NCBI GenBank assembly: GCA_964276515.1
Contig: OZ193909.1
Coordinates: 4,092,001 to 4,156,000 of the forward strand
Origin: Gordius albopunctatus
Taxonomy: Eukaryota
DNA length: 64,000 nucleotides
Reading direction: 5' to 3'
Shown piece after piece: positions 11,438-24,328 of this stretch. The notes under the pieces were generated by a model. The model searched no databases. It saw only the letters and a program-made list of their open reading frames with translations, and was not told the origin of the DNA. The translations under genes and the position numbers were made by a program. The first letter of the stretch is position 1. The number at the start of each line of letters is the position of its first letter.

Positions 11438-13285
11438 AGGGCCTTTACGTTGTATGATAAATCCTTTGTACCAGCCCGCTTTAATTTCATTCCGAATTCA
11501 TACTGGATCTCCAACATTAAATTCCCTATAAAACGCTTTTCGGTCATGGTAGCTCTTTTGTTTAGCTAATCTCTCCTTCCACTTTTCTTTCGGATCTAGT
11601 CGAATAAGGTCCAATGCTGTCCTTATTCTTCTTCCCAACAACAATTCCGCTGGAGCTTTACCCGTGGTTGTCTGAGGTGTATTCCTGTATGTCATAATTA
11701 TTTGTTGAAGGCATAATTCTTTCTCTCCCCCTGATTTTCTTGCTGCCCAGTATCTTGATTTTAGCGTTCGAATCATTCTCTCAGCTAATCCATTTGTTTT
11801 GGGGTGGTATGGAGTTGATGTTACGTGCTTAATGTTGTTGTTGTCACAAAATTTTGTGAATTCTTCACCGACAAATTGTGGTCCATTATCTGATACTATT
11901 TGCAAGGGAATACCGAACCTGTAAAACCAATTTCGTAATTGTCTCACAATTTGTGATCCTTTAATCGACGATAGTGTGGCTACCTCCACCCATTTCGATA
12001 ATGCATCAATTAAAACCAACCAATAATTTCATTCAACAGGTCCGGCAATATCTATGTGAACTCGATCCCAAGGACGGTCAGGTACGGACCAAGAAGATAA
12101 GGGAACTCTTTGTTCGGCTTTTCGGCCTTCTTGACAACCGTCACATTCTTTTCCAAGCAAATCAATACTCTAGTCCATTCCGGGCCACCAAAAATAATAT
12201 CGGGCTAAATTAAGCATTCCTGTAATACCGGGGTGTCCTTGGTGTAATATTTTTAAAACCAACTTTTGTAAGTTCCTCGGTATTATTAACCGATTGCAAC
12301 GCAATAATAATCCATCTTCAAATGACAGTTCCTCCATTCGATTTTAGTACGTTTTCATGTCAAAACGGCATTTTTTAAATCCAACCGCCATTCTCGGTTT
12401 ATTGCTAAAATTAATTGACGACAAAAAGGATCTTGTTTAATTGTTGTTTTTAGCATTTCATAATCTAACTTTAACATGAGTAGTCATACGTGATTGATCT
12501 GATCCGTCTCAAGGTATTTTGGATCTGGCAGTCTCGACAATGCATCAGCACATTGATTGTTCTTTCCTGATCGGTATTTTATGTCGTATTGATTTCCATT
12601 TAAAAATAAAGGCCACCGAATTAATCTATTATTGATAACTTTCGGTAAATCCCGATGATTTCCGAATAATCTTTCTAGAGGTTTGTGATCCGTCATCAAT
12701 ACAAATTTACGACCACGTAAGTATTGATTGAATTTTTGAACACCGAACACAATGGCTCGCGCTTCCCGATCAATACGCAATAGCTCTTTCGGACCCGTCT
12801 CCATATAAGTGTGATAGTACAGCAACTACACCAGTTTCAGAAGCATCTATCGCTAGGTATAACGGCAATGAGTTTGAATACGGTACCAAAGTATTGGACG
12901 TTGAAAGCATCAGTTTAACATCGTGATGAGCCCGTCAATGCATGCAAGGTTGCGCATTTTTGGTGTAGCATTGGGATGAACCTTTCCTGATAATTAACTA
13001 GTCCTAAAAAGAAACGTAGTTCTTTTTTGTTTTGTGGTTCTTTGACATTAACAATGGCTTCCACTCGCTCTTGAGTCGGGTGGATCCCTGTTCATCAATC
13101 ACATGTCCCAAGTATTTAACTGAGTTTTTGGAAAAATTTAACCTTCTTCTTTTTTGCTTTTAGACCAGCGTTCTGTACCCTCTTTAGTACTTCGTTCAGA
13201 TTTACAGGTGGTCATTTTCATTTACCCCTGTAACTATGATATCATCTAGAAGTACGCTGGTATGGGGAATCCCATCTAATAATTA

Positions 13286-16200
13286 ACGACGGTCCCAAGT
13301 CCGTGTGAAAAAAGTGGAGGGTTGGCGTCAGGTCGGAAGCCGGCTGTAAAAAGCAACTCCAAACACCATGGCAGCTTCAAATACGAACTTATACCAGAAT
13401 GCTAGGGCGTCCTCCCCAAACGACGCGCATTGCATCATCCGCCCGTGCAATGTGAAAAGTATACAAGGGTCACCGCCTCACTCACAACGAAGGCGGTTAA
13501 GGAACCTAGTTGTCAAACGGACAAGAGTGGCTAGCTGGAATGTGGGCACGCTGACGGGGAAGAGCATCGAGGTTGCGCAGATGCTAAAAAGGCGAAGGAT
13601 ACACATAGCGTGTCTACAAGAAACGCGGTGGCATGGAACAAAAGCCAGGGAGCTAGGAGATGGTTACAAGCTATACTACTCGGGTTCCCCATCACGGAAG
13701 AACAGGGTCGGTATAGTGCTTAGCGATTCCTTTAAGGACAAGGTAGTTGAAGTCAAACGATGCTCAGATAGATTGATGTGCATAAAGCTGGCGGATCAAG
13801 GCGGCCTTGTCAATGTTATTTGTGCGTATTCGCCCCAGGTTGGATGTTCCGAAAACGAGAAGGACGAATTCTATGAGAAGCTCGAAGAAGAAATACGCTA
13901 CGTGAAGCCTGACGAGAATCTCATCATCGGAGCAGACTTTATTGGGCACGCTGGGAAAGAAAGGGGCGTGTACGAACGAAATCACGGCGGGCATGGCTAT
14001 GAAGTGAAAAATAAAGAGGGAGAGAAGTTACTACAGATGGCGCAAGCTTACGATATGGCCATTGTGATTACCTTCTTTCAGAAGCGTACCGAACATTTAG
14101 CGACGTACAGTAGTGGAAATCACCTTACACAGGTCGACTACATATTAGTGAAGCGCAAAAATTTGTGGCAAGTTAAAGATTGCAAGGTTATACCGGGGGA
14201 AGAAATCGCCAAACAACATCGGCCAGTTGTCCTCGATATAGCAAGAAAGATTTTTCCCGTAAGGAGAAAAGTCTATACACCAAGGACAAAGTACGAAAAG
14301 CTTAAGGATGATCATGCAAATGAAATGTTTCACACTCGAGCAACTCCGCTCTTGAAGGTTGCAGGCTTGGAGGGCGACATTAACAAAAGGTGGGGCACCG
14401 TTGCAAATGTTCTAAAGGAAACGGCCTTTCAAATATTGGGACGAACTAAGGGCGGCAGAGCTCACAAGCGTGAACTATAGTGGTGGAATGACTCGGTCAA
14501 AGAGGTTATAGAAGAAAAGAAGGCGTTGTACCTACGATGGTACAAAACGAATAAAGGAGAACACTACGAGGCATATCGTGAAGCGAAACGCAAAGCTAAG
14601 ATAGCGGTCGCGATAGCGAAGAACGACGCTTACACCGAGATGGCAAACAAGCTCGATACCAAGGGCGGCGACATAGTCATGTATAAACTCGCAAATATCA
14701 GGGAGAAAAAAAGTCGAGATGTCGGGACACTTAAAGTCATTAAAAGCGAAGAGGGACGAACGTTGTGCAAACCGAAGGAAGTCATCAAAAGATGGAAAGA
14801 TTATTTCCAAAATATGATGAACAAGACGAATGATAGAAGACCGCTAGAGAGGGTGGAACCGAACTGAACTTGGTTTTACCATTTCAGGCTTATGAAATAG
14901 GAGCACAACTAACGAAGATGCGGAAAGGGAAAGCGCTAGGTCCCGATGATCTACCGATCGAAGCTTGGCTTGGGTGCAAAGGAGAAGAAATCGACATAAT
15001 GACAGGCCTATTTAACGCTATGCTGTATGAGAGTCGTATCCCAGACCAATGGAGGGAAAGTACGATCATACCCATATACAAAGGTAAAGGAGACGCACAG
15101 GAATGTGGCAACTTTAGAGGTATCAAGCTGACCTGCCACTCACTAAAACTATTAGAAAGGGTGCTAGTGAAAAGGCTCAATGACGAAGTTTGTCTCTCGC
15201 CCAATCAGTTTGGATTTGTGGCCGGTAAATCAACCATGGACCCAATCTTTGCGTTGAAGCAGACGATGGATAAATATGGCGACATAAGAAAGAAATTACA
15301 CGTGGTCTTCATCGATTTAGAAAAGGCATATGATACGGTTCCGAGAGACTTAATATGGTGGTCCCTTAGAGCCAGAAATATACCCGAAGGATATGTTCGA
15401 CTTATCAAGGAAATGTATAATGGCGCGGTTGCATCTGTTAGGACTACCGTAGGAGTAACGAAACCCTTCCGAATAATGATCGGACTACATCAAGGATCAG
15501 CGTTAAGCCCATTCTTGTTTAATCTAATTATGGATACAATAACAAAGGACTTGCACAAGCCAGCCCCTTGGACTATGCTATATGCCGACGATATTGTCCT
15601 ATGCGATGAAACAAGAGAAGGGGTTTTTCATCAGGCGAAAAAATGGTCAGAACGTTTCTCGGAATTCGGGTTAAAGGTCAGTGAGAAGAAAACGGTTTAC
15701 ATGCAAACGATGGGCGGTAGTCCGCAAATGCACAAAATCGACGGTCCAAGCTACACGGAGGTTGATAAGTTCACATATCTTGGCTCGCTATTACATCAAG
15801 AAGGAGGATGTACCGCCGAAGTCCATTCTCAGATCAAGAAAGCATGGCTCAAGTGGCGTAGCATCTCCGGTGTCATGTGTGACAAAAAGATACCAATTTG
15901 CTTGAAAAGCAAGGCGTACAAAACCATCGTGCGACCGGTCTTGCTTTACGGGAGCGAAACATGGGCTGTAACCACCGCGGAGGAGAAACTCTTGCAAGTC
16001 ACGGAAATGAGAATGGTGCGATGGAGCTTAGGCTACACCAAGCTGGATCGCATGACGAACGAATCCTTGATGACAAAGATGGGTATACAAGCGACGAAGG
16101 ACTTCTTAAGAGAAAATCGACTGCGGTGGTACGGCCATGTATTACGAAGAGACGAAGACGATGTCACACGCCGAACGCTGGAGATGGACGTGCCTGGAAG

Positions 16201-16300
16201 AAGAGGAAGGGGCAGACCACGTGCCACCTGGAAACGACTGGTCGAAAAGGATATGGACGTCAAACAGATGGAAGATTTTCAACACGATAAAGAAGAAGAG
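13286..16300 (+). mobile_element. RTE-clade LINE, near full length, inserted in the Gypsy RT
   Basis: APE ORF 13368-14480, continued in frame after a TAG, one frameshift at ~14868, RT ORF 14870 onward (QFGF, FIDLEKAYD, HQGSALSP, YADD). GAA-rich tail. Splits the Gypsy RT between LFQR and LLDGIP..LDDII. Confidence 0.93.
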
Positions 16301-18034
16301 AACGTTGGAATAAATTTGGTGCTATCGAAAGTCCAAATGGAAGACGTTTATACAGATAATAACCTAAATGTGTTGCGATAGTGAGATAATGTCGCAACTT
16401 TTCTTCGACCTTCATCTGAAGATAGGGATCACGTAAGTAAATTACTGTATATTTCTGCCCTCCTGCGATCTTCAGAATTAAATCGTCAAATGTCGGAAGT
16501 AGATGGTTGTTTAAAGCTAGGAAGGGATTGATAGTAACTCGAAAATTGCCGCAGATTCTAATGGAAGTATTTGATTTTAATACATTTACTATTGGAGTTG
16601 CCCATGTTATTGGTGTTGCTGCAGGATCAATATGTTCAATTATATCTTCATCCAATAATCTTTTAATTTCCTCTTCAACTATCTTCCTTAGTAAAAAAGA
16701 AACTCTTCGTGCAGGAAATTCTATGGCTTTGGCTTCTTCCTTTACAAAAAGATTTACCTCATAATCTTTATTACAGCCAGTGCCATCACTGAACACATTG
16801 GTATACTTTTCAACCAATTCCTCTTCTATGTTTTGAGGTTTTTCTTCTATAGCATTAATCTTAACTTGATGAGGGAGTTTTAGGTTAAAAGCTTGCATCC
16901 AATTTAAACCAAATATGGGTTCTTCTTCTACAGTTGTTACAATAGCTGTTAATTTTAAAGTTTTATTGTTTAAATTTACATAGACTTGTGTTTCTCCACA
17001 TATAGGAACTGGATTATTTCCAAAAGCTTTTATCTTGGGGCATGGTGTTAATTTAGGTGTATTTAAAATGTTGTAGATATTCTTGTTGATTACGGATACT
17101 GACTAGTCAGTATCATATAACATTTTGAAAATTTTCTGATTTATCCTTACATGGATGTATGGTTTAAGGTGAATTACATTATTTAAGTCATAAATTTTTC
17201 CAATTGTATTAATAATCTGGTTTACTTTGTTTGAGGTTTTGCACATTTTTGCAAAGTGTCCTCTATGATGACATATGGAACATTCTTTTAAAAATGCTGG
17301 ACATTGCTTCATTGCATGTGACTTACCACATCTATAGCAATTTCTTATGAATGATTGTTGATGTTCATGCTTCTTTGTAGCAAATTATTTTATTGATTAC
17401 CTATTCTTTTGATTTGAGTACATTGGATTTGGTTTTTTATAATTTTGAATTTTTTTCAAATCTTGTGATGTGTTAACTTCTTTATTAGCTGTCTCCATTG
17501 ATTCAGCTAGATTGTATATATCATTAAATGTTACCCCCTCGCCCTCTTTCTTTAAAGCTTCAGGCCATCTTGTCCTGACATCAATTTCCAATGATAGATT
17601 TTGATAACCATTTAAGAGTTGGTCACGGAGCCGTTCATCTAAATTAGTTTTGAAGTCACAATTTTCTGCAGATGATTTTAATATTGTTACATACTCAATC
17701 AGAGTTCATCATTTCTTTTAAGACATCTCATGAATTGTAATCTAGAGTGGAAAATTGTACATTTTTGTTGGAATACCTTTTTTATTTAAGTTTATTAAGT
17801 CCTGATATTTAAGCAAGGATATATCTTCAGGGTATAGGAAATTTATTAAAGTTTCAATATTCTTTTGACCCATGTATCCCAATATGATTTTGCATCGAGT
17901 AGCTTTAGGCACATTTTTAGCCTCAAAAATATTAGGGATAGCTATTATGTATATTGAAATATTATCACCTTGTTTAAAATTAGATATTCCCACAGTCTCC
18001 ATTTTCAGAATAGTTTTTTTCTCGACCGCGCCAA

Positions 18035-18133
18035 TATACTAATTCACATATGTTTTAAATCAAAAACCAATTATATATTTTAATCCACATGGTATATATA
18101 AAACTGATATTACTAATTACGCTATATATTACA
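18035..18133 (-). repeat. 5' LTR of Gypsy 7823-18133
   Basis: TGT...TA termini; followed by PBS TGGCGCGGTCGA and then gag. Confidence 0.9.
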
Positions 18134-18256
18134 CGTATAAACGTAGCATATTTGCTATGCACTTTATGGGCGAGAAAGGTGGGAAGGGACGAAAATGTCT
18201 GTCGGGGGGGGGGGGGTATAAAATGCAAAATGATTAGTTATTAATTTATATAAATA

Positions 18257-19560
18257 CTAGCTGTGCCCGGCCAAGCGTTGCTTTGGCTTAGTTCTTATCT
18301 GGCTAAATAATTGATATCTATCAATAGAAAATTATGGGTAGGTGGTCATGATTGAAATAAGAATGGAGCGTAGTGACAATGTTGGCCTATAAAATGACAA
18401 TACACTAATCATTTATTAATTTCATTCTTTGTACTTTATTAAATCATTTTTGCTACCTATATATACATCAAATTATGACGATTCAAAAATAATTCATCAC
18501 CAATCTCTAAGTACGATGAAGTATATAATATTTTTGGGTAGTCGGTCTTTAGTCAACACAAACAAACTGGATGGTTTACCCACGCGAGAACATGCCACAT
18601 ATGGTTTTCCCTAAGAAAAGCATGTTGTGGCAAAATTTAAGCTACAAATAGACATCGTTTGGCCTTGCGCCTTATTTATTGTCATGGCGAATTCCAATCT
18701 AATTGGAAATTTAATGCGTTTGAATTCAATCGGCATATATGTGGGAATCATAGGGATTCGTGGCAGCTTACATGTTCACATTGGACCTTGCGATTCAAAA
18801 TGCTGACTTCGAGTTTTTCATTAATATTTTAATGACATAGCCAATGCAATGCCATTTTTGTATCGTATCTCGGCAAGAATTATCGAAATGAGAAAAATTT
18901 TGCCAGTTCCACCTGATGCATATAAAAAAAGAAACCCATTGTCCTGACGAAACTATCAGCATAATGCGGTCGTAAATGGATTTTTTTTATTAAGATAGTG
19001 GTGGGACATTGCGACTAACAATCGCTGCCATTTCTAAAGTATTATACTGCAGTTCAAGACTCATATCAGTGTTGAGTAAATCAGATGTACATTGATTTGG
19101 TTAACTCATACCAAAATGTCTAATTTTAAAAACATACAGTCAACACTATAGCGAATAGTTGACGAATTTGTGTTCCTGTATAGTTTAATGCTGCTTCAGT
19201 AAGAGTACTGTCCTGATAGTTGTCGTCTTCTAGTAAGCCTAATGTAGGGCATGCATCTTTATACGCTAGATACTGTTGTCCGTTTACTTTACATATATCG
19301 TGAAATGACAATGAGCCAGTGCCATTAACCAACACCAGTCGCAGTTGAAAGAACTAAGTCTGCATTGGATTCACTGTATATACACTACGGCGATGATGAT
19401 TAAAATATTCACATGGGCCATGATTATGTTTGTAGTAACAATATCAAACAATAATTTATCAGTACACGGATTTGGAATTTCTGCATAAATTAAACTATCA
19501 ATGTCTTCAGGAGGTATTTTGTCGATGAACTAAATCAAAATGTGAGCAAGTGCTAATCCT
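18257..19560 (-). mobile_element. Helitron fragment (Pif1-like helicase and Rep remnants, 3' end)
   Basis: 3' terminus ..GCAACGCTTGGCCGGGCACAGCTAG at ~18257. Remnants of helicase motifs (GGTGK, FAMTINKAQGQ, YVACSRVG) and LGLLEDD; a Rep remnant at 19400-19560 resembles 8554-8700. Confidence 0.85.
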
Positions 19561-19562
19561 CG

Positions 19563-19860
19563 TGTTGCATGTTGGCAATTAATTTATTGAAGTAATCTAA
19601 TTAGTGGTGGGAATAAAATTTAATTTAATTAGTGGTGTGAATAAAAGGTTGAGAAACTATTTATGGTCTGTGGGAGATTCCTAATTAATGGTTTGTTTAA
19701 GGCACTAACTAGAAACAGGCGAATATGTTAAAGGCATTCCTCATGCAAATTGAGATGTGCAGTACATCAACCTGTCGTAAGGTTAAGGGCATCCCTAATG
19801 CAAATTGAGAAATGCAGTACATCGACAGGGTTTAAATAGCTGTATTTTTACCCTGCAAAT
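19563..19860 (+). repeat. Dispersed repeat / probable solo-LTR family (divergent copy 2)
   Basis: Starts TGTTG; shares gatgtgcagtacatc, ggcatccctaatgcaaat and gggtttaaatagc with 6292-6540. Confidence 0.5.
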
Positions 19861-19999
19861 AATAATGTATTTTTTTCTTACTTAGAACTCGGTTGTACTG
19901 TTGCAACTATCTCCGAAAACATTACACCACCCCGAATCCAATACTTTTATTAGTCCTTCCACATCACCCAATCTCACCTATTTTGCGCACTTATATTTC

Positions 20000-21090
20000 G
20001 ACCGCCCACAAATAATTGATATCGTTTAACGCTTGCATTTAAATCCAAGATATTTTTGTCTTGACAATTTGATTAAATATCATTATAAGTTATAACTCGT
20101 ATTCGTCCATTGGATTTCTTTGGTGAACAATAAACTGATTATCAAATTTCAAAGTACAGATAGTGATAGCGGAACTTAAAACTCGCATTTGCCACTCATT
20201 CGAATACATCCAGCAACGTGCGGGGCCAAATATTATTGCGGATTTTTTGACTCTTATAAATTATTATATAAGATATAAATTGGTCATAATGGAACCAATT
20301 TTTTATCTCATTGTTATGAAGAGCAATGAACTTAGGGCCGATCCTTGATGCACACCGACATTTAGACTGAATCACTTTGATGTAACACTGGATGTACGAA
20401 CTTTGGTTTTTGCGTTTCTATAGATATTATTTATTAACATTATATAAGCGTCGGGTACACCATTGGAACTCAGGCTATCCCATATCCTGCCTTGGCACTT
20501 TGTCGAAAGCTTTCTCAAGATCGATGAAACACATATCAAGATCCTTTTGTTTTTCCTTATATAATTCCATAAGTCTTCTAAGACCATGTATTGCATCTGA
20601 AGTCGACTTTCCAAGCATGAACCCAAATTTTCGTTCATCTATTGATATTATTTTCCGGAGTTTTAGCTTCTATAGCCTTTTCCCACGCCTTCATTACGTG
20701 ACTTGTTAACTTTATCCCCCGATAGTTATTGCATTCCTTTACATCTCCCTTCGTTTTATATATTGCTATAACATAGCTTTCCCTCCGCACATCAGCAATG
20801 AAACCTCTTGCAAGTATTTTGTTGAACAGCTTTGCAAGTAGATTTACACCTAAGGGCCCTAGCATTTTGAAACTTTCCATAGGTATATTATCAGGTCCCA
20901 CCGCCTTATCCATGGTCATCTTTTAAGCACCTGGTCAACCTCTTTCTCCGTCACTTCTAACTTTGGGTCATATTCATAGGTCTTGCTTTCGCAATGGTCC
21001 GAACCACATTTTCAGATCCTTCTTTCCTCTTCTTTACTGGTTAACTTGGCATTCAGATTTTTGTAGACCTCTGTTTTAGCCTTGGCTATA
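20000..21090 (-). mobile_element. RTE LINE RT fragment, decayed
   Basis: KAVGPDNIP, NNYRGIKLTSH, CFIDLEKAFDKVP and VGVHQGSALS remnants in broken frames. Confidence 0.85.
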
Positions 21091-21096
21091 CAACAA

Positions 21097-21554
21097 GCAA
21101 TCATCTAAACTAATTTTGTGTTACATATATTTTTGTTTATAAATTTCAAAAAAATTGATTATAATGCGTCTCGGTCGATCGTCTTTAATCTGGGCTTGAA
21201 TATCTTCCCCGAAATAAAACATTTCAAAACTCGGCTTCGATTAGTAAATGCAAAAACGGTCTATTGAAAAACATATTTTAAATGTTCTATCTTAGAGAGC
21301 TCCACCAGTGGCAGCTGCCCCTTTACTTCTTCTTTGTTCATTTGAAAATTGACTTTATGAACCATTTTATCCAAAGACAAGGCTCGTGATTTGACAATAT
21401 TGTCCAAACCATGGCTGGAAACATGCATAATGGAAGTTCAGTTATATACATTTATACATAAAATTTATCTTTAAATATATATCGATAGTTACTTGAAGAT
21501 GCAACTTAGATTAGAATTCGCCAATATCGTGTTCATTTGCAAGTTTGTTTTACG
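21097..21554 (-). pseudogene. Partial inverted copy of the serpin 3' end and its 3' flank
   Basis: Reverse complement of ~49038-49056 joined to 49353-49792. Frameshifts and stops in the RCL-coding region. Confidence 0.85.
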
Positions 21555-21934
21555 TAGTGTTGCGATCTCGTCTCGTCTAGGTCTCAAAAGCAAAATCTCG
21601 TCTCGGGTAGATACAGGTTTGTTGGGGTTCTCACTTACAAAATATTTTATCTTTTAATGCAGATAATGTTTTTGTAATTAAGAAACAATATCATAATTAA
21701 AATTATATGTTTCTGAATAAAACTTTGAATTCTGAACTTAATAATGTCCGAAGAACTGAGATATATCAACATTTATTGGCACTTTGTTAAAAGTATTTTC
21801 AGTTTTCTCCTTATTTAACGCGCAAAAAATGACAAAATTAGATTTTTTAATTTATTTAGCCACGCAGGAGGGGACAAGACCGTCCTATAATAATAATAAT
21901 TGATGTGAAAAATAAGCAAAAAAATGAATTTGAT

Positions 21935-24056
21935 TTAATGTTTCAAATCGTAAAATGTTTCCATTTTCCGCAGCACATGCCTACATTTATCACAATACAC
22001 TACCTACACGCATGACGTTTTAGAAAATACTATAAGTGATACATTTTTACTAAAGAATTGTATAATCAAATTCGTGTTCTTTGAAAATTTGAATATAGCA
22101 TGGACACCGTACTCTGGTTGAAGTTTTTTGATTGGTGTCTTCTTTGGAATTAAGGGCGAATAGACTCCAATCTAGTATAAAATATAATTTTGTCAAAATA
22201 TTTCCATATATTACCTAGCCATAACCCATTTTTTCCATTGAGTGTCTGGCAACTTAAACCAGAGTCTTTCTGTCACTACTGACGACAGAATTAATGCATC
22301 GTCACCTAAAAATTTTTTATCATTAAGAGTAGTTGATTAAATTGCTAAGTCTCATTTACTTGGCTGTTCGTCCTCTTTTATTTCTACAACCCTAGATTTA
22401 TCTACTATAGGATCTTCTATTATTTCGGCTGCAATAAAATAAGTGACATAAAGTAAAATTATATTTAAGCATAAAACAGTAAAAGTTTAAATGTCGAGCA
22501 ACCTGTTGGTTGAACCAAGGGATTGACCTTGGTGTCCCTCTCGCTAGGAAAATCTTAAATATTAATTAATAAATAATGAAAGAATATATACCCTCATCCA
22601 AATTTTGTTTATATTTTTTAAGAATGCTTCCATTGAATCTTTTTTAAAGTTATTCCTAACATATTTTCTACGGTATAAGTGCCTAAATAAAAACCAAAAA
22701 TTAAACACTCAAAATATGTCTAACCTTTAAAGAAATCTAGAATTTTTTAGGGTCCCAACCATGAAGAAGAGGTTTTATCTCCTTTCCTGTCAGCCCTTTT
22801 CATGTTATAGGCGAGTACCATAGCGCCATTTCTAAAGGCATATGATACTTGGTGCCTTTTCTCGTGGGCTTTCTTTTGTCTTCTTTGTGCTTTCATAATA
22901 TTTATGCTAGCGCATTCATAGGCACGGCGAGCGATAGTGGCCACACGGTCAAGATTAACATCAACTTCAGGTGTTATGCCAACGGCAACCTCGTCGGATT
23001 CAGTCGCTATCTCCAAGTCTGTTTTAAAAACGGGCCTAGGCGGTCTAATAGATAACAAAATATTGGGGTACATGTACAATAATACGTTTTGTAATATAAC
23101 GATTAAACATCAAAAAATAGGGGGTCATTTTTGTTGATGATTGGACCGCCGTGTTCACAGGATATGTTACCCCAGGTAACGCGGACTCCCAGTTATCACA
23201 ATTGCCCTTAAGGACTTTATTGAGGCCCGTCAATAAAGTCCTATTCATCCGTTCAACCAGGCCATTTGCTTGGGGGTGGTAGGCCGTGGTGACCCTTTGT
23301 TTAATACCCGTGACTTTATAAATTTCCTCGGTAACGGAATTAACAAATTCTCTACCCTGGTCATTTATTAAAGCCTATTAAAATGTGATCATAATTTAAT
23401 ATACCTCAGGATATCCCCATTCAGAGAATATCTGCAAAAGGTTGCTAGTGACCTCTTACATGGTGTGGGTTTTTAAAGGCCTTGAAATGACGTATTTTGT
23501 GAAGTAGTCAATAACGACTAAAAAGCAGTTGAAAGCAGGCACACTGGAGGGCATATTGCACAGATCCATCCCTAGTAATCGCCATGGCGAGGAAGAGATG
23601 GAAACAGGATGCAATTCAGGCGTTGCCTTATCAATTTTTGCAGCATATTTTTGACATACTGCAAGAATTAATATAGGCCGTAACATTCTCACTAATGCGT
23701 GGCCACCAATAGCTTTATAAAAACTTAAGTCGATAAAAAATAAATACCTTTCACAAATCTTGGCTCGCGCACGATTAATGCCCAGATGTGAAGCTAAGCT
23801 TTCTCCCAACAGTGTGTCTTCTATACCATTATGGTATAATCTTAAAACTTTTCTAAGAAAAATAAAATATATTTTTACAAATACCTGTTTTCTGTCCACA
23901 TTATTTGCCTACTTTTTTAAGATATAGGAATCCATCTTTTACAAAGTAGCTACTTGTTTTTTTAACAAACTAGTACTTTTGTTTAGGATTTACACCCATT
24001 TGAGTAGTTCCCTTCTCCAAATAATTATTTATTTCTTCACAACCAAAATTTGCCAT
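21935..24056 (-). mobile_element. Ginger-like (Gypsy-integrase-type) intron-containing transposase, pseudogenised
   Basis: HLGINRA..C, PWRLLGMDL, IDYFTKY, NDQGREFVN, YHPQANGLVERMNRTL, TPYFLMF and WLGP motifs. GT-AG introns at 23375-23404 (30 nt) and 23713-23747 (35 nt) restore GYPE|ALIND and the junction into YWWP. In-frame stop at ~23456. No adjacent RT, gag or LTR seen; TIRs not identified. Confidence 0.72.
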
Positions 24057-24249
24057 TCTAGTAAAATATTGATAAATTGAAAGATGCTAATAGGAATTAT
24101 TGCATAAAATACAAGAGATAAGTTGTAAGGCTAAAAAGGTTGTATCGTAACTATTACTACTAGATCTGTATGAATATAATTATATCAATTTAAAAGACAG
24201 CCAAGATCTGTATAAAAAGCAGAAAATTAATATTTTACATTAATATATT

Positions 24250-24328
24250 ATGTTAGACGGGCCTTGAAATTTTGAAAACGGGTACGGGCGGGCCGACCTT
24301 CTAAAAACGGCCCGTTGCAGATCTCTAG
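24250..24328. mobile_element. hAT-type transposon terminus
   Basis: The reverse complement reads TAGAGATCTGCAACGGGCCG.. with cggg/cggc subterminal motifs; partner end not found. Confidence 0.5.

Larger units (their letters stand above)
7823..18133 (-). mobile_element. Ty3/Gypsy LTR retrotransposon, full extent, degenerate, carrying a nested Helitron and RTE
   Basis: ~100-bp direct repeats at 7823-7923 and 18035-18133, flanked by a 5-bp TSD CGTAT (7818-7822, 18134-18138). PBS TGGCGCGGTCGA next to the 5' LTR and PPT TAGGGAGAAA next to the 3' LTR. Gag/CCHC (17100-18002), protease/RT (16300-17100, 12900-13285), RNase H (12484-12825), integrase (11440-12250, 7936-8140). Confidence 0.93.
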
